A DNA stretch of 64,000 nt. Origin: an uncultured Bacilli bacterium. GTDB taxonomy: Bacteria; Bacillota_I; Bacilli_A; RF39; UBA660. This document shows positions 28,033-37,832 of the stretch, in pieces. The position numbers were made by a program, and so were the translations under genes. The notes under the pieces were generated by a model that worked only from the letters and a program-made list of their open reading frames with translations, was not told the DNA's origin and made no database searches. The DNA is taken from contig CANQZC010000005.1 in assembly GCA_947628235.1 (NCBI GenBank), positions 1,460 through 65,459 of the forward strand, written 5' to 3'. Position 1 is the stretch's first letter. Each line of letters opens with the position of its first letter.

Positions 28033-28254
28033 TTATACCATATTCTTTAATAAATTCGTAATGATATCAAAAGTATCCATGGCCTGAGAAAAACGATCGC
28101 TTGGTCGTAGATGATAATCTCTTCTCATGGCTTCTTTAAATTCTTGAAAACTTTCTGGATGACGAATCAGGCGTTTATACCAAATACTATTTTCGCGAAG
28201 ATATTTTTTATATTTGGGATCTTCTCTTAATTTTATCTGTAATTCATAACTCAT
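28033..28254 (-). CDS. YlbE-like small protein
   Basis: 73 aa. The pattern LREDPKYKKYLRENSIWYKRLIRHPESFQEFKE, together with its position next to the ylbD-like gene and rsmD (ylbH), matches the B. subtilis ylb cluster. Confidence 0.5.
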   Translation of the reverse strand: MSYELQIKLREDPKYKKYLRENSIWYKRLIRHPESFQEFKEAMRRDYHLRPSDRFSQAMDTFDIITNLLKNMV

Positions 28255-28592
28255 TAATCATCGAAGTGTTGATAGATAGGTTTTGGTTCATAGGTATTCT
28301 TTTCTACTTCTTTCGTCGTTACTAAATCTCCTAATACGCCTAATACTCTTTGAATACTTTGAATGGATTCTTGAATCGAATCTAAATTTAAATTCTTAAA
28401 GTATTCCATCCTATCTAGTTTTCCTTTCTCTTCTTTTTTCTCTTGCGTTAGATACTCTTTCCATACTTCATTTTCTTCCCCATACATATCATACATTTCA
28501 TAAAACTTTTGCCAAGTCATCGTATCTTCTTTCACATAACGCACTAAAGAGGGATTCTTTTTGACAAACTCTTTAAAAGATTCTTTGGACAT
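28254..28592 (-). CDS. YlbD-like protein
   Basis: The start is moved to MSKESFKEFVKKNPSLV (ATG 28592, AGGTGG RBS), which removes the overlap with parC. FKEFVKKNP...TWQKFYEMYDMYGEENEVWKEY resembles the YlbD family. Confidence 0.5.
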   Translation of the reverse strand: MSKESFKEFVKKNPSLVRYVKEDTMTWQKFYEMYDMYGEENEVWKEYLTQEKKEEKGKLDRMEYFKNLNLDSIQESIQSIQRVLGVLGDLVTTKEVEKNTYEPKPIYQHFDD

Positions 28593-28635
28593 AGTACCAC
28601 CTATTTTAGTATATGAAAAAAGATAGTTTTTTGAA

Positions 28636-31167
28636 CTATCTTTCCTCAATATCAAAATTATCTAAAAAGTCATCAATGGTCATAATTCGCTCATCAACAC
28701 TACTTAAAGATACTTCCTCTTCTTCCTTTTCTACTGGTTCTTTTGATTCTTCTTCTAAAGCTGCTACTAAATAAGCATCTTCTATTTTTTCTTTGGTAAT
28801 CACAGTACCTGTAGAATAACGATCCACGATAGGAAGTTCGGTTGTCTTTACTTCTAACATATCACTTTGACATTTTAAGCCTAGTAACTGTTTTGAAGAA
28901 AGGACAAAACTCTTTAGAATATAGTAAGGGTTCGTTTTTACATCGCGAATGACTAATACTCCTTTACGAGCACGACTCGTTTTTTCAAACTCTTGTAATT
29001 TTACTCGTTTTGCAGTTCCTTTCGTAGTAACAAACGCTAAAAATTCAGCTTCTTCAAACTGCGCTAAACTAACGACAAAATCATTCTTTAGGCTAATCGC
29101 TTTTACCCCACTACTACGAAGTCCTGTAATTGGTACTTCCGCTGTTTCATACCAAAGACCATATCCACTATGTGTTGTGATAAAGATATTCTTTCCTGAA
29201 GAAAGAACCGCACCAACAACAGAATCATTCTCCTTTAACTTCATCGCTACGATTGGTTTTGTATATCTTTGTACTTTAAAATCAGAGAGTAAGGTTCTTT
29301 TAATCATACCATCATGAGTGAGTAAGGTAATCGCTAATTTCTCCGTAAATTTCTTTACAGGAATCGCTGCGATAATCGCCTCTCCAGAACTAATTTGAAT
29401 AATATTACTGATATGTTTTCCCATTTCTTTCCATTTTAAATCAGGAAGTTCATAGACAGGAACATATAGATAATTTCCAAAGTCTGTAAATAAGAGAACT
29501 GTATCTAAAGTATTTAATTCAAATAAGCCAAGGACATAGTCTCCTTCTTTTAAAGTCGTATTTTCCTCCGTAGCAGAGTAACTACGAAGAGATACTCGTT
29601 TTACATATCCTTCTTTCGTAACTACTACGACACAGTCTTCTTTGGCAATCATCGATGTCGTATCTACTTTAAAATCAGTTACCTCTTCTTGAATTTCGGT
29701 CTTTCTTGGGCTACCGTATTCATTCTTAATTTTACGAAGTTCTTCTTTCATGACACTCTTAAGACGATTTTCATCTGCTAAAATAGCTTCTAATCCTTGA
29801 ATGATGAGCGCTAAATTAGCATGTTCTTCTTTTAAGACATCGACATCCGTATTGGTTAAACGATAAAGTTGTAAGTTTACGATAGCTTCTGCTTGTTCCT
29901 CGGTGAATTCGTATTCTTTCACTAAATTTTGAATAGCATCCGCTTTGTTCTTACTAGCACGAATCGTTTGAATCACTTCATCTAGGATATCAATTGCTTT
30001 GATTAATCCTTCTACAATATGCATTCTTGCTCGTGCATGTTCTAAGTCAAATTCTGTTCTTCTTGTAATAACTTCTTTTTGGTGACGAATATAGGCATCT
30101 AAAACATCTAAAATGCCTACTACCATTGGTCTACGATTGACAATAGCGACCATATTATAATTATAATTAATTCGCAATTCTGTATTTTTAAACAAGTAAT
30201 TTAAGATATTTTCAGTATTCGCATCCTTTTTTAAATCAATAACGATACGAACAGATTCTTCCCTATCGGATTCATCCCGAATCTCGGTCATTCCCTCTAT
30301 CTTTTTATCATAGATAATATCAGATATTTTCTTAACTAAAAGAGCTTTATTTACTTCAAAAGGAATTTCATGAAAAATAATCTGTTTATTCTTTTTGTCT
30401 TCGACAATCTCATACTTCGCACGGATGACTACTTTTCCTCTTCCAGTAGCAAGGCATTCTTCAATATCTTTTTTTCCTTCTACGACTGCTCCTGTTGGAA
30501 AATCAGGTCCTTTTACAATCTCTAAGATTGAATCTAATCGACAATTTGGACTATCAATTCTTTTGATAGTGGCATCAATAATCTCGCTTAAATTATGAGG
30601 TGGAATCTCTGTTGCATATCCTGCACTAATTCCTTTCGAACCATTGACTAAAAGGTTTGGATATTTCGCTGGTAAAACGATTGGTTCATAAAGTGTATCA
30701 TCAAAGTTAGGTGCCCATTCAATCGTATTTTTATCGATATCTTTCAATAACTCACCACTAATTTTAGAAAGTCTAGCTTCCGTATAACGCATAGCGGCTG
30801 GTCCATCTCCATCCATCGAACCATTATTTCCATGCATATCGATATAACATTCATTTTGTTTCCACCATTGACTCATATGAACCATAGCTTCATAGATAGA
30901 AGAATCGCCATGAGGATGATAGTGACCCATTACATTTCCAACGGCTGTAGCCGATTTTTTATGTGCTTTATCATAGGTATTTTTATCACGGAACATCGCA
31001 TATAAAATTCTTCTTTGAACTGGCTTTAATCCATCTCTGACATCAGGAATCGCACGGTTTTGAATAATATCTTTCGCATATTGTCCAAAACGATCTCCCA
31101 TAATTTCTTCGAGAGTATAATTATAAATTTTTCCTAAAATAGTTTCTTCTTCCGGTTTCTTTTTCAT
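28636..31167 (-). CDS. parC: DNA topoisomerase IV subunit A
   Basis: 843 aa with GDRFGQYAKDIIQNRAIPDVRDGLKPVQRRILYAM and the active-site region AAMRYTEARL. No GyrA-box (QRRGGKG) is present. It is paired with a parE-like gene away from any dnaA/dnaN context. Confidence 0.8.
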   Translation of the reverse strand: MKKKPEEETILGKIYNYTLEEIMGDRFGQYAKDIIQNRAIPDVRDGLKPVQRRILYAMFRDKNTYDKAHKKSATAVGNVMGHYHPHGDSSIYEAMVHMSQWWKQNECYIDMHGNNGSMDGDGPAAMRYTEARLSKISGELLKDIDKNTIEWAPNFDDTLYEPIVLPAKYPNLLVNGSKGISAGYATEIPPHNLSEIIDATIKRIDSPNCRLDSILEIVKGPDFPTGAVVEGKKDIEECLATGRGKVVIRAKYEIVEDKKNKQIIFHEIPFEVNKALLVKKISDIIYDKKIEGMTEIRDESDREESVRIVIDLKKDANTENILNYLFKNTELRINYNYNMVAIVNRRPMVVGILDVLDAYIRHQKEVITRRTEFDLEHARARMHIVEGLIKAIDILDEVIQTIRASKNKADAIQNLVKEYEFTEEQAEAIVNLQLYRLTNTDVDVLKEEHANLALIIQGLEAILADENRLKSVMKEELRKIKNEYGSPRKTEIQEEVTDFKVDTTSMIAKEDCVVVVTKEGYVKRVSLRSYSATEENTTLKEGDYVLGLFELNTLDTVLLFTDFGNYLYVPVYELPDLKWKEMGKHISNIIQISSGEAIIAAIPVKKFTEKLAITLLTHDGMIKRTLLSDFKVQRYTKPIVAMKLKENDSVVGAVLSSGKNIFITTHSGYGLWYETAEVPITGLRSSGVKAISLKNDFVVSLAQFEEAEFLAFVTTKGTAKRVKLQEFEKTSRARKGVLVIRDVKTNPYYILKSFVLSSKQLLGLKCQSDMLEVKTTELPIVDRYSTGTVITKEKIEDAYLVAALEEESKEPVEKEEEEVSLSSVDERIMTIDDFLDNFDIEER

Positions 31168-31175
31168 ACTTCCCC

Positions 31176-33095
31176 CTAATTGATTTTATAATTATCCTCT
31201 AATGAGAATTCTACATTTTCTTCAATCCAATCTTTTCTTGGTGCGACTTTATCTCCCATTAAAACAGAGACTCTTTTTTCCGCTAAAGCCGCATCTTGGA
31301 TACTGACACGAATTAAACTTCTTGTCTTAGGATCCATGGTTGTCTCCCATAATTGAGTGGCATCCATTTCTCCTAATCCTTTATATCGTTGGGTTTTGGT
31401 TTGTTTTCCTTTATATTTTTCTAATAAGTTTTTACGATCTTCTTCCGTCCAAGCGTATTCTCCTTCTTTGCCACACTCAATTTTATAAAGTGGTGGCATA
31501 GCGATATATAAATGACCTTGTTCTATTAATGGTTTCATATATCGATAGAAGAAAGTAAGAAGAAGAATTTGAATATGAGAGCCATCAACATCGGCATCGG
31601 TCATAATAATGACTTTATCATAATTGCTGTCTTCCATCTCAAAACTACTTCCAACACCTGCCCCTATCGCATGAATCATCGTATTAATTTCTTCATTTTT
31701 ATAAGCTTCCTCTAAGGATGCTTTCTCTGTATTTAATACTTTTCCACGGAGTGGTAAAATCGCTTGATACTTTCGGTCTCTTCCTGTTTTAGCAGATCCT
31801 CCGGCAGAGTCTCCCTCGACTAAGAATAGTTCATTAATCGCAGGATTTTTTGATTGCGCTGGCGTTAATTTTCCACTTAAAACGCGTTCTTTTTTCTGTT
31901 TATCTTTGCCGTTTCTTGCCTCATCTCTAGCTTTTCTAGCGGCTTCTCTAGCCACTTTACTACGCAACATTTTATTTAATATGGTAGTAGCGGCTTCTTT
32001 ATTTTCCTCTAGGAAATACTCTAGTTGTTCAGAGGCAATCGCTTCGACAACCGTCCGCGCAATAGGCGTTCCTAATTTAGATTTCGTTTGTCCTTCAAAC
32101 TGAAGTAAATTTTCAGGAATCTTTAAACTGATGACTGCAGTTAATCCTTCTCTGGTATCAGGACCTTCTAAGTTCTTATCTTTTGCTTTTAATAGACCAT
32201 TCGTTTTCGCATAATCATTAAATACTTTCGTAAGCGCTGTTTTAAATCCAACTTCATGAGAACCACCATCCGTCGTTTTAACATTATTTACAAAAGAGAT
32301 AATACTTTCAGAATAAGAAGTATTGTATTGAAAAGCAATATCGACATCGATTTTATTTCTAACGCCAGTAAATTCTACAATATTATGAAGGCAATCTTTA
32401 TCCTCATTGATATACTCAACAAAAGATTTTAAACCATTTTCATAACAGTATGTCTCTTGTTTATGGTCTTCTTCATCGATGACTTCAATCGTTAATCCTT
32501 GAAGTAGGAAAGCACTTTCTTGCATTCTTTCACAAACCGTCGTAAAAGAAAACATCGTCGTTTGAAAAATCTCATCATCTGGTAAGAATTGAACTTTCGT
32601 TCCCGTTTTAGAAGTCTTATCTAACCGTGTTAACTTTTGGTCGACATGACCCCCGTCTTTAAAAGAGATAAAGTATTCATAACCATCTTTTTTAATCGTT
32701 ACTTTCATCCATTTCGAAAGTGCATTGACAACGGATGCTCCTACTCCATGAAGTCCTCCAGAGACACTATATCCACTCGATTCGAATTTTCCTCCTGCAT
32801 GAAGGATCGTATAGATTACTTCTGGGGTATCCATTCCATTTGCATGTTTTCCAACAGGGATTCCCCTTCCTTCATCCTCGACACTAACGCTATGATCCGC
32901 ATGGAGAATAATCCGTATTTTCTTTCCGTATCCATTGATGGCTTCATCAATAGAGTTATCTACAATCTCCCAAATTAAATGGTGTAATCCTTTTTTATCC
33001 GTAGACCCAATATACATACCAGGTCTTTTTCGAACGGCTTCTAACCCCTCTAATATTTTTATTGAGCTTTCATCATATTTTGCCATACTTTTCAC
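31176..33095 (-). CDS. parE: DNA topoisomerase IV subunit B
   Basis: 639 aa with LEGLEAVRKRPGMYIGST, the GHKL ATPase motif GLHGVGASVVNALS, and the Toprim motifs LVEGDSAGGSA and PLRGKVLN. Confidence 0.8.
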   Translation of the reverse strand: MKSMAKYDESSIKILEGLEAVRKRPGMYIGSTDKKGLHHLIWEIVDNSIDEAINGYGKKIRIILHADHSVSVEDEGRGIPVGKHANGMDTPEVIYTILHAGGKFESSGYSVSGGLHGVGASVVNALSKWMKVTIKKDGYEYFISFKDGGHVDQKLTRLDKTSKTGTKVQFLPDDEIFQTTMFSFTTVCERMQESAFLLQGLTIEVIDEEDHKQETYCYENGLKSFVEYINEDKDCLHNIVEFTGVRNKIDVDIAFQYNTSYSESIISFVNNVKTTDGGSHEVGFKTALTKVFNDYAKTNGLLKAKDKNLEGPDTREGLTAVISLKIPENLLQFEGQTKSKLGTPIARTVVEAIASEQLEYFLEENKEAATTILNKMLRSKVAREAARKARDEARNGKDKQKKERVLSGKLTPAQSKNPAINELFLVEGDSAGGSAKTGRDRKYQAILPLRGKVLNTEKASLEEAYKNEEINTMIHAIGAGVGSSFEMEDSNYDKVIIMTDADVDGSHIQILLLTFFYRYMKPLIEQGHLYIAMPPLYKIECGKEGEYAWTEEDRKNLLEKYKGKQTKTQRYKGLGEMDATQLWETTMDPKTRSLIRVSIQDAALAEKRVSVLMGDKVAPRKDWIEENVEFSLEDNYKIN

Positions 33096-33172
33096 CTTAT
33101 AACATTATATCAAAAAAAGAAAAGTTTGACAAACAAATGCGAACTTTTCTTTGATTTTCCTAAGAAAAACTT

Positions 33173-33604
33173 TTATCCAACCGTCGTACAGACATAAGTA
33201 GCACAACTACTATCCTCAACAAAAGTAAATTGATAATTTCCAAAAAACTTACTATTTTCTTTTTCCGTCTCTGGTTTGGTAGCATAATAAGTAACTGTAA
33301 TAGCATGAGAAGCATAATCTTCAATGATATTATCTCTTACAACCTCTTCTTTTACTAGTCCGGCACAGATTAATTGTTGAGCACATATCTTTTTTGGTTC
33401 TTCCGTTGTAACTGGTAAATAAGAAATATTTTGTTGCGCAAAATCATAAGCAGCATTTAATACCGTATCAATATTAACACTATCGCGGTCTTTTCTAGCA
33501 TCCCGAATACTTCTAGAAACGGATGGAAAAGTAACTAACGCAATGAGTCCTAAAAGGACTAAAACTGCTAATATCTCTACTAAAGTAAAACCATTTTCTT
33601 TCAT
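33173..33604 (-). CDS. type IV pilin-like protein (prepilin N-terminal cleavage/methylation motif)
   Basis: MKENG|FTLVEILAVLVLLGLIALV shows the class III signal peptide with Glu at +5. Two Cys pairs lie in the C-terminal half. Confidence 0.8.
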   Translation of the reverse strand: MKENGFTLVEILAVLVLLGLIALVTFPSVSRSIRDARKDRDSVNIDTVLNAAYDFAQQNISYLPVTTEEPKKICAQQLICAGLVKEEVVRDNIIEDYASHAITVTYYATKPETEKENSKFFGNYQFTFVEDSSCATYVCTTVG

Positions 33605-34077
33605 TTTTCCTCCTCAAACACTTCATAGAGACGGTAGTAATAAACCCCATCATATTCACCATGTTGATCTTGATACTTTTCTTTCATACTAGGAGTAACA
33701 TAGACGATATAGACATACGATGCATCCATATCATAGTATTGATCCAGTCTTGGATTTTTAATACGGTCTTCTAAAACTCCCTCTTCATGAAGAAAACTAA
33801 GAGACAATCTAACTTCACAAATATTGTTTCTAGCATCACTTCCTGGATAGGTAATGGTTTGACATCCATCTTCACTAACTACATCAGGCAGAGGTACTTG
33901 ACTCGTGGGTACATACGCTATCGCACTATTTAAAATACTAGAGCGTTGAACTTCTTCGGCATGTTCTTTATTTTTTCGTGTAGATACATCCATCGCTTCC
34001 ATAGAGGCAATGGCAAGTAGAGCAAGAATGGTAATGACTGCTAGTAACTCTACTAAAGTAAACCCGTTATCTTTCAT
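33601..34077 (-). CDS. type IV pilin-like protein
   Basis: MKDNG|FTLVELLAVITILALLAIA. There is a 4-nt ATGA overlap with the downstream pilin gene. Confidence 0.8.
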   Translation of the reverse strand: MKDNGFTLVELLAVITILALLAIASMEAMDVSTRKNKEHAEEVQRSSILNSAIAYVPTSQVPLPDVVSEDGCQTITYPGSDARNNICEVRLSLSFLHEEGVLEDRIKNPRLDQYYDMDASYVYIVYVTPSMKEKYQDQHGEYDGVYYYRLYEVFEEEK

Positions 34078-34147
34078 ACTATCACCAATATCATTATAAA
34101 AAATGTCCTTAGGAAAGTCAAGAAAAGAAGGAATTTCTTCCTTCCCT

Positions 34148-36691
34148 TTACATCTCTTTTTTACTTAATTCTTTTAATTCTACTAAAAGATTTAAAGCTT
34201 CCATAGGAGATACTTGCATTGGTTCAATGGCCTTTAAACGGTCTCTTAAAGCATCTTCTTTAGGAAGTAAATCATCTAGAGGAAGCGCTTCTTGAATTTG
34301 AATATCCCGTTTCTTTTCTTTCTTTTCATACACTTCTAATATCTTAGTTGCTCTATCAATTAAAGTAGGAGGAAGAGCCGCTAATTTCGCAACATGAATT
34401 CCATAACTCTTATCGACACTTCCCTCTTTGATTTTATGTAAGAAAGTAATATTACCATCTTCTTCATGAGCACTGACATGAATATTCTTTAAATGATCTA
34501 ATGTTTTTTCTAGGTCCGTTAACTCATGATAGTGAGTAGAAAACATCGTCTTCGCATGAATCTTATCATGAATATATTCAATAATCGCTTGCGCTAAAGC
34601 CATTCCATCGAAAGTAGCTGTTCCCCTGCCTAACTCATCAAAGAGAATTAAACTATTTTCCGTGGCATTAGAAACCGCATCATTAGCCTCTTTCATCTCC
34701 ACCATAAAAGTAGATTCTCCACTTACTAAATCATCACTAGCGCCAATTCTAGTATAAATCGCATCAAAGATAGGAAGCGTGGCTTCTTTGGCAGGAACAA
34801 AACAGCCGATTTGAGCCATAATAACGGTAATAGCAAACTGTCTCATATAAGTACTTTTTCCAGCCATATTAGGACCGGTAATTAAAAGAATATCTGTATT
34901 GTTATCCATCAAAATATCATTAGCTACATAGACATTCTCTAATACTTTTTCGACAACCGCATGACGATTTTCTAAAAGACGAACACATCTTTCTTCTGTG
35001 AGAGTAGGTCTTATATAATTGTTTTCTTCCGCTACTGTCGCAAAAGATTGTAAGACATCAATTTCACTAATCGTTTTAGAAATCTCTTGAATTTGTGGTA
35101 TATAAGATTTTAGTTTCTCACGGATCTCTGTAAATAATTCATATTCTAATTCAATAATTCGTTCTTCTGCATTTAAAATTAATGCTTCTTTTTCTTTTAA
35201 GATAGGACTAATATATCGTTCACAGTTCGTTAGAGTCTGTTTTCGTTCGTATCCATATTCTTCTTTTACCATTCCTATTTGTCCTTTAGATACTTCAATA
35301 TAATATCCAAAGACACGGTTATATCCTACCTTTAAAGTTTTAATTCCCGTTCGTTCTCGCTCTTCATGTTCAAATCTAGCAACAAAGTCTTTTCCTCCCT
35401 TGCGAAGATCTTTTAACTCATCTAATTCTTTCGAATATCCTTCTTTAATGAGAGAACCTTCATGAATTCCAACGGGAGGATCTTCATAGATACTCTTTTC
35501 TAGTAAGTCATATAAATCGGTCAACGGTTCAAATGTACGAAAAGATAAGGCTTTTAAGATATTAGCAATATCTGGCAATACCTTAAAACTATTCTTTAAT
35601 TGTAGTAAGTCTCTAGCATTCGCATTTCCAAAAGCAATCCGACCACTTAATCTCTCTAAATCATAAACTTCATATAGTAATCCTTTTAAATCTTCTTTTA
35701 AAAGAAATTCTTCTAATAATTTTTCAACAACATCATACCGAGCATTGATTTCATCCTTCTCTATGAGAGGGTTTTCAATATAGTTTTTAAGCATTCTAGA
35801 ACCCATCGCCGTCTTCGTTTTATCTAGTAACCAAAGAAGCGAATAATTTCTTTGTTTTAAACGAAGAGTCTCTACTAATTCGAGATTTCTTTTTGTATGC
35901 ATATCCATCTTTAAAATCTTTTGATTCTCTCGAATCATCGCCTTTTGCATGTGACTTAAAGATTTCATCTGCGTACTAGTTACATAAGTAAGTAAATGTT
36001 TTAACCCTTCTTGAAGGCGTTGATCAGGAATCTCTTCATAGACAGATAAATAATCTTCATTTTCAGAGATAGTATCATTGATAACGACTAAGATTTTAAA
36101 TTGGTTTTCTAATACCGCAATAACACTTTTATCCACCTTAGAAGAACAAACAACTTCTTTTAAATCTAAAGAAACTATTTCGCTTACTAATTTCGTTGGT
36201 TGATGAGGTACTAACATGGTATAGATAAGACCTGTCGTAATATCTGCATAACTAAGCGCATAAGCATGATCAAAATCTAAAATACTACCAATATAATTAA
36301 AGTCTTTTTCATTTAAAGATTCCCCACTCATTAAGGTTCCTTTACTGATAATTTGAGTGAGTCCCCTTTCTACTAATCCTTTCGCTTCTCTAGGGTCTTC
36401 TAACTGTTCACAAATTCCTACCCGGTATCCTTTTTCTACTAATTTTTCAATATAAATATCAACAGCATGATGAGGAACTCCACACATAGGAACGCGTTCT
36501 TCTAACCCAGCATTTCTCCCTGTTAGAGTGAGTTCTAGTTCTCTCGATACCGTAACCGCATCTTCAAAAAATACTTCGTAAAAATCTCCTAATCGGAAAA
36601 ATACAAAGATATCTGGATGCGCTCGTTTGATATCGATATACTGCCTCATCATTGGGGTAATTTTTGCTTCATCTACCTCGTTCATTTTCAT
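34148..36691 (-). CDS. mutS: DNA mismatch repair protein MutS
   Basis: ITPMMRQYIDIKRAHPD, FYEVFFEDA and Walker A GPNMAGKSTYMRQ are present. The start is moved to MKMNEV (ATG 36691, GGTGG RBS), because the 13 residues upstream in the ORF track look non-native. Confidence 0.95.
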   Translation of the reverse strand: MKMNEVDEAKITPMMRQYIDIKRAHPDIFVFFRLGDFYEVFFEDAVTVSRELELTLTGRNAGLEERVPMCGVPHHAVDIYIEKLVEKGYRVGICEQLEDPREAKGLVERGLTQIISKGTLMSGESLNEKDFNYIGSILDFDHAYALSYADITTGLIYTMLVPHQPTKLVSEIVSLDLKEVVCSSKVDKSVIAVLENQFKILVVINDTISENEDYLSVYEEIPDQRLQEGLKHLLTYVTSTQMKSLSHMQKAMIRENQKILKMDMHTKRNLELVETLRLKQRNYSLLWLLDKTKTAMGSRMLKNYIENPLIEKDEINARYDVVEKLLEEFLLKEDLKGLLYEVYDLERLSGRIAFGNANARDLLQLKNSFKVLPDIANILKALSFRTFEPLTDLYDLLEKSIYEDPPVGIHEGSLIKEGYSKELDELKDLRKGGKDFVARFEHEERERTGIKTLKVGYNRVFGYYIEVSKGQIGMVKEEYGYERKQTLTNCERYISPILKEKEALILNAEERIIELEYELFTEIREKLKSYIPQIQEISKTISEIDVLQSFATVAEENNYIRPTLTEERCVRLLENRHAVVEKVLENVYVANDILMDNNTDILLITGPNMAGKSTYMRQFAITVIMAQIGCFVPAKEATLPIFDAIYTRIGASDDLVSGESTFMVEMKEANDAVSNATENSLILFDELGRGTATFDGMALAQAIIEYIHDKIHAKTMFSTHYHELTDLEKTLDHLKNIHVSAHEEDGNITFLHKIKEGSVDKSYGIHVAKLAALPPTLIDRATKILEVYEKKEKKRDIQIQEALPLDDLLPKEDALRDRLKAIEPMQVSPMEALNLLVELKELSKKEM

Positions 36692-36713
36692 ACATACCAC
36701 CGATAATATTGTA

Positions 36714-36744
36714 ACAAAAAAATAGACCAAAGTCTATTTTTTTC
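36714..36744 (-). terminator. intrinsic terminator after the 335-aa repeat-family gene
   Basis: Minus strand reads AUAGAC-UUUG-GUCUAU followed by U8. Confidence 0.7.
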
Positions 36745-36747
36745 CTT

Positions 36748-37755
36748 TTATTCAGCTGTTTTTACTTTCTGATATCCATTTTGTAAATCAATCGATAAAG
36801 CGGCTTTTTCTGCACTAGAATATAAGAATCCGTGAGCTCCATAGAACTGTTCTTGTCTTCTTAATCCTGCATTGATGAAGTATCCTGCATTATAGATGCT
36901 TGCATAAGTTTCAAAATTGATAGCAGTTCCATAGACACCGTAGTAAACGCCATCCTTCATTCGAACGGTAGGATCTTGTCTCCAGGCTAAATACTCTTCT
37001 AACATCGTCTGATCTCTCCATACCGTACCATCACTACCTAATTCTAAATAACCAATATCCTCTAATGTAGAAGTACATTCTGGATAGGTTGGATAATTAG
37101 GATGATGTGGACGATACGCTAATTCTCTTTCAATCGCTTTATATTCTTCATAAGAATGAGCAAGAGAGCCATCGCTACATTGATATACCATCCATTGTCC
37201 ACTAGCATATTCACTATAGTTTTTCTCATCTACCCATTGTTGTCCTTCTGGAGACATAAAGATTTTTACTTTTAAATAAGCATCTACTTTATGAAATGGT
37301 CTTAAAGTAGATAATCTCTTTTTATAGATAGCAAAAGAATCTCTATCAATAATTGGTGTATCCTCTCCTTCTTCATAGATAAGACGGAAAGTAATCAAAT
37401 CATAACGAGAATCTTGAACTCTTTTCTCTCCTATGCAATCATAGATAGCCGCCAATAACTCTTTACTCGCATCCTCTTTATCTACCACACAGACACCATT
37501 TTTACCTACTCTAACTTTCTCTAAATGGTTTGCTTCTTGATTTCCCCAATTTGGATTATAAGGAACATAAGCATAAGAAACGGTAATGGCTTCTTGTGGT
37601 ACCTCGGCTGCCTTCGCCTCGATTGGAACTCCAATAAAAGAACCTAAGGTAAGAATCGCTGCAAAAGTTAAAGGAACAGCCTTCTTACTAAAGTTTTGAA
37701 TTCGTATGCTGGTCTCTTGCCGTAAATTTTCAATTCCTTTTCTATTTACTCTCAT
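36748..37755 (-). CDS. signal-anchored extracytoplasmic protein, divergent member of the DGTxW..EY repeat family
   Basis: 335 aa with a short charged N-terminus and one TM (AVPLTFAAILTLGSFIGVPI). The C-terminal half has degenerate repeats (SDGSLAHSYEEYKAI; SDGTVWRDQTMLEEYLAW). Confidence 0.6.
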   Translation of the reverse strand: MRVNRKGIENLRQETSIRIQNFSKKAVPLTFAAILTLGSFIGVPIEAKAAEVPQEAITVSYAYVPYNPNWGNQEANHLEKVRVGKNGVCVVDKEDASKELLAAIYDCIGEKRVQDSRYDLITFRLIYEEGEDTPIIDRDSFAIYKKRLSTLRPFHKVDAYLKVKIFMSPEGQQWVDEKNYSEYASGQWMVYQCSDGSLAHSYEEYKAIERELAYRPHHPNYPTYPECTSTLEDIGYLELGSDGTVWRDQTMLEEYLAWRQDPTVRMKDGVYYGVYGTAINFETYASIYNAGYFINAGLRRQEQFYGAHGFLYSSAEKAALSIDLQNGYQKVKTAE

Positions 37756-37832
37756 AAAACCCTCCTCATCATAAATTCTACAATTTATCTCTAATCGCCA
37801 TTATTCTATCATAAAAAAAAGAGGTTTGCAAA

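Noticed and set aside
28636-33095. I considered whether the type IIA topoisomerase pair is gyrB/gyrA rather than parE/parC.
   Set aside because: The A subunit N-terminus follows the ParC pattern (GDRFGQYAKDIIQNRAIPDVRDGLKPVQRRILYAM). I find no GyrA-box (QRRGGKG-like) in the C-terminal domain, and the pair is not in an origin-proximal dnaA/dnaN/recF context. I call it parE/parC, but a phylogeny would be needed for certainty.
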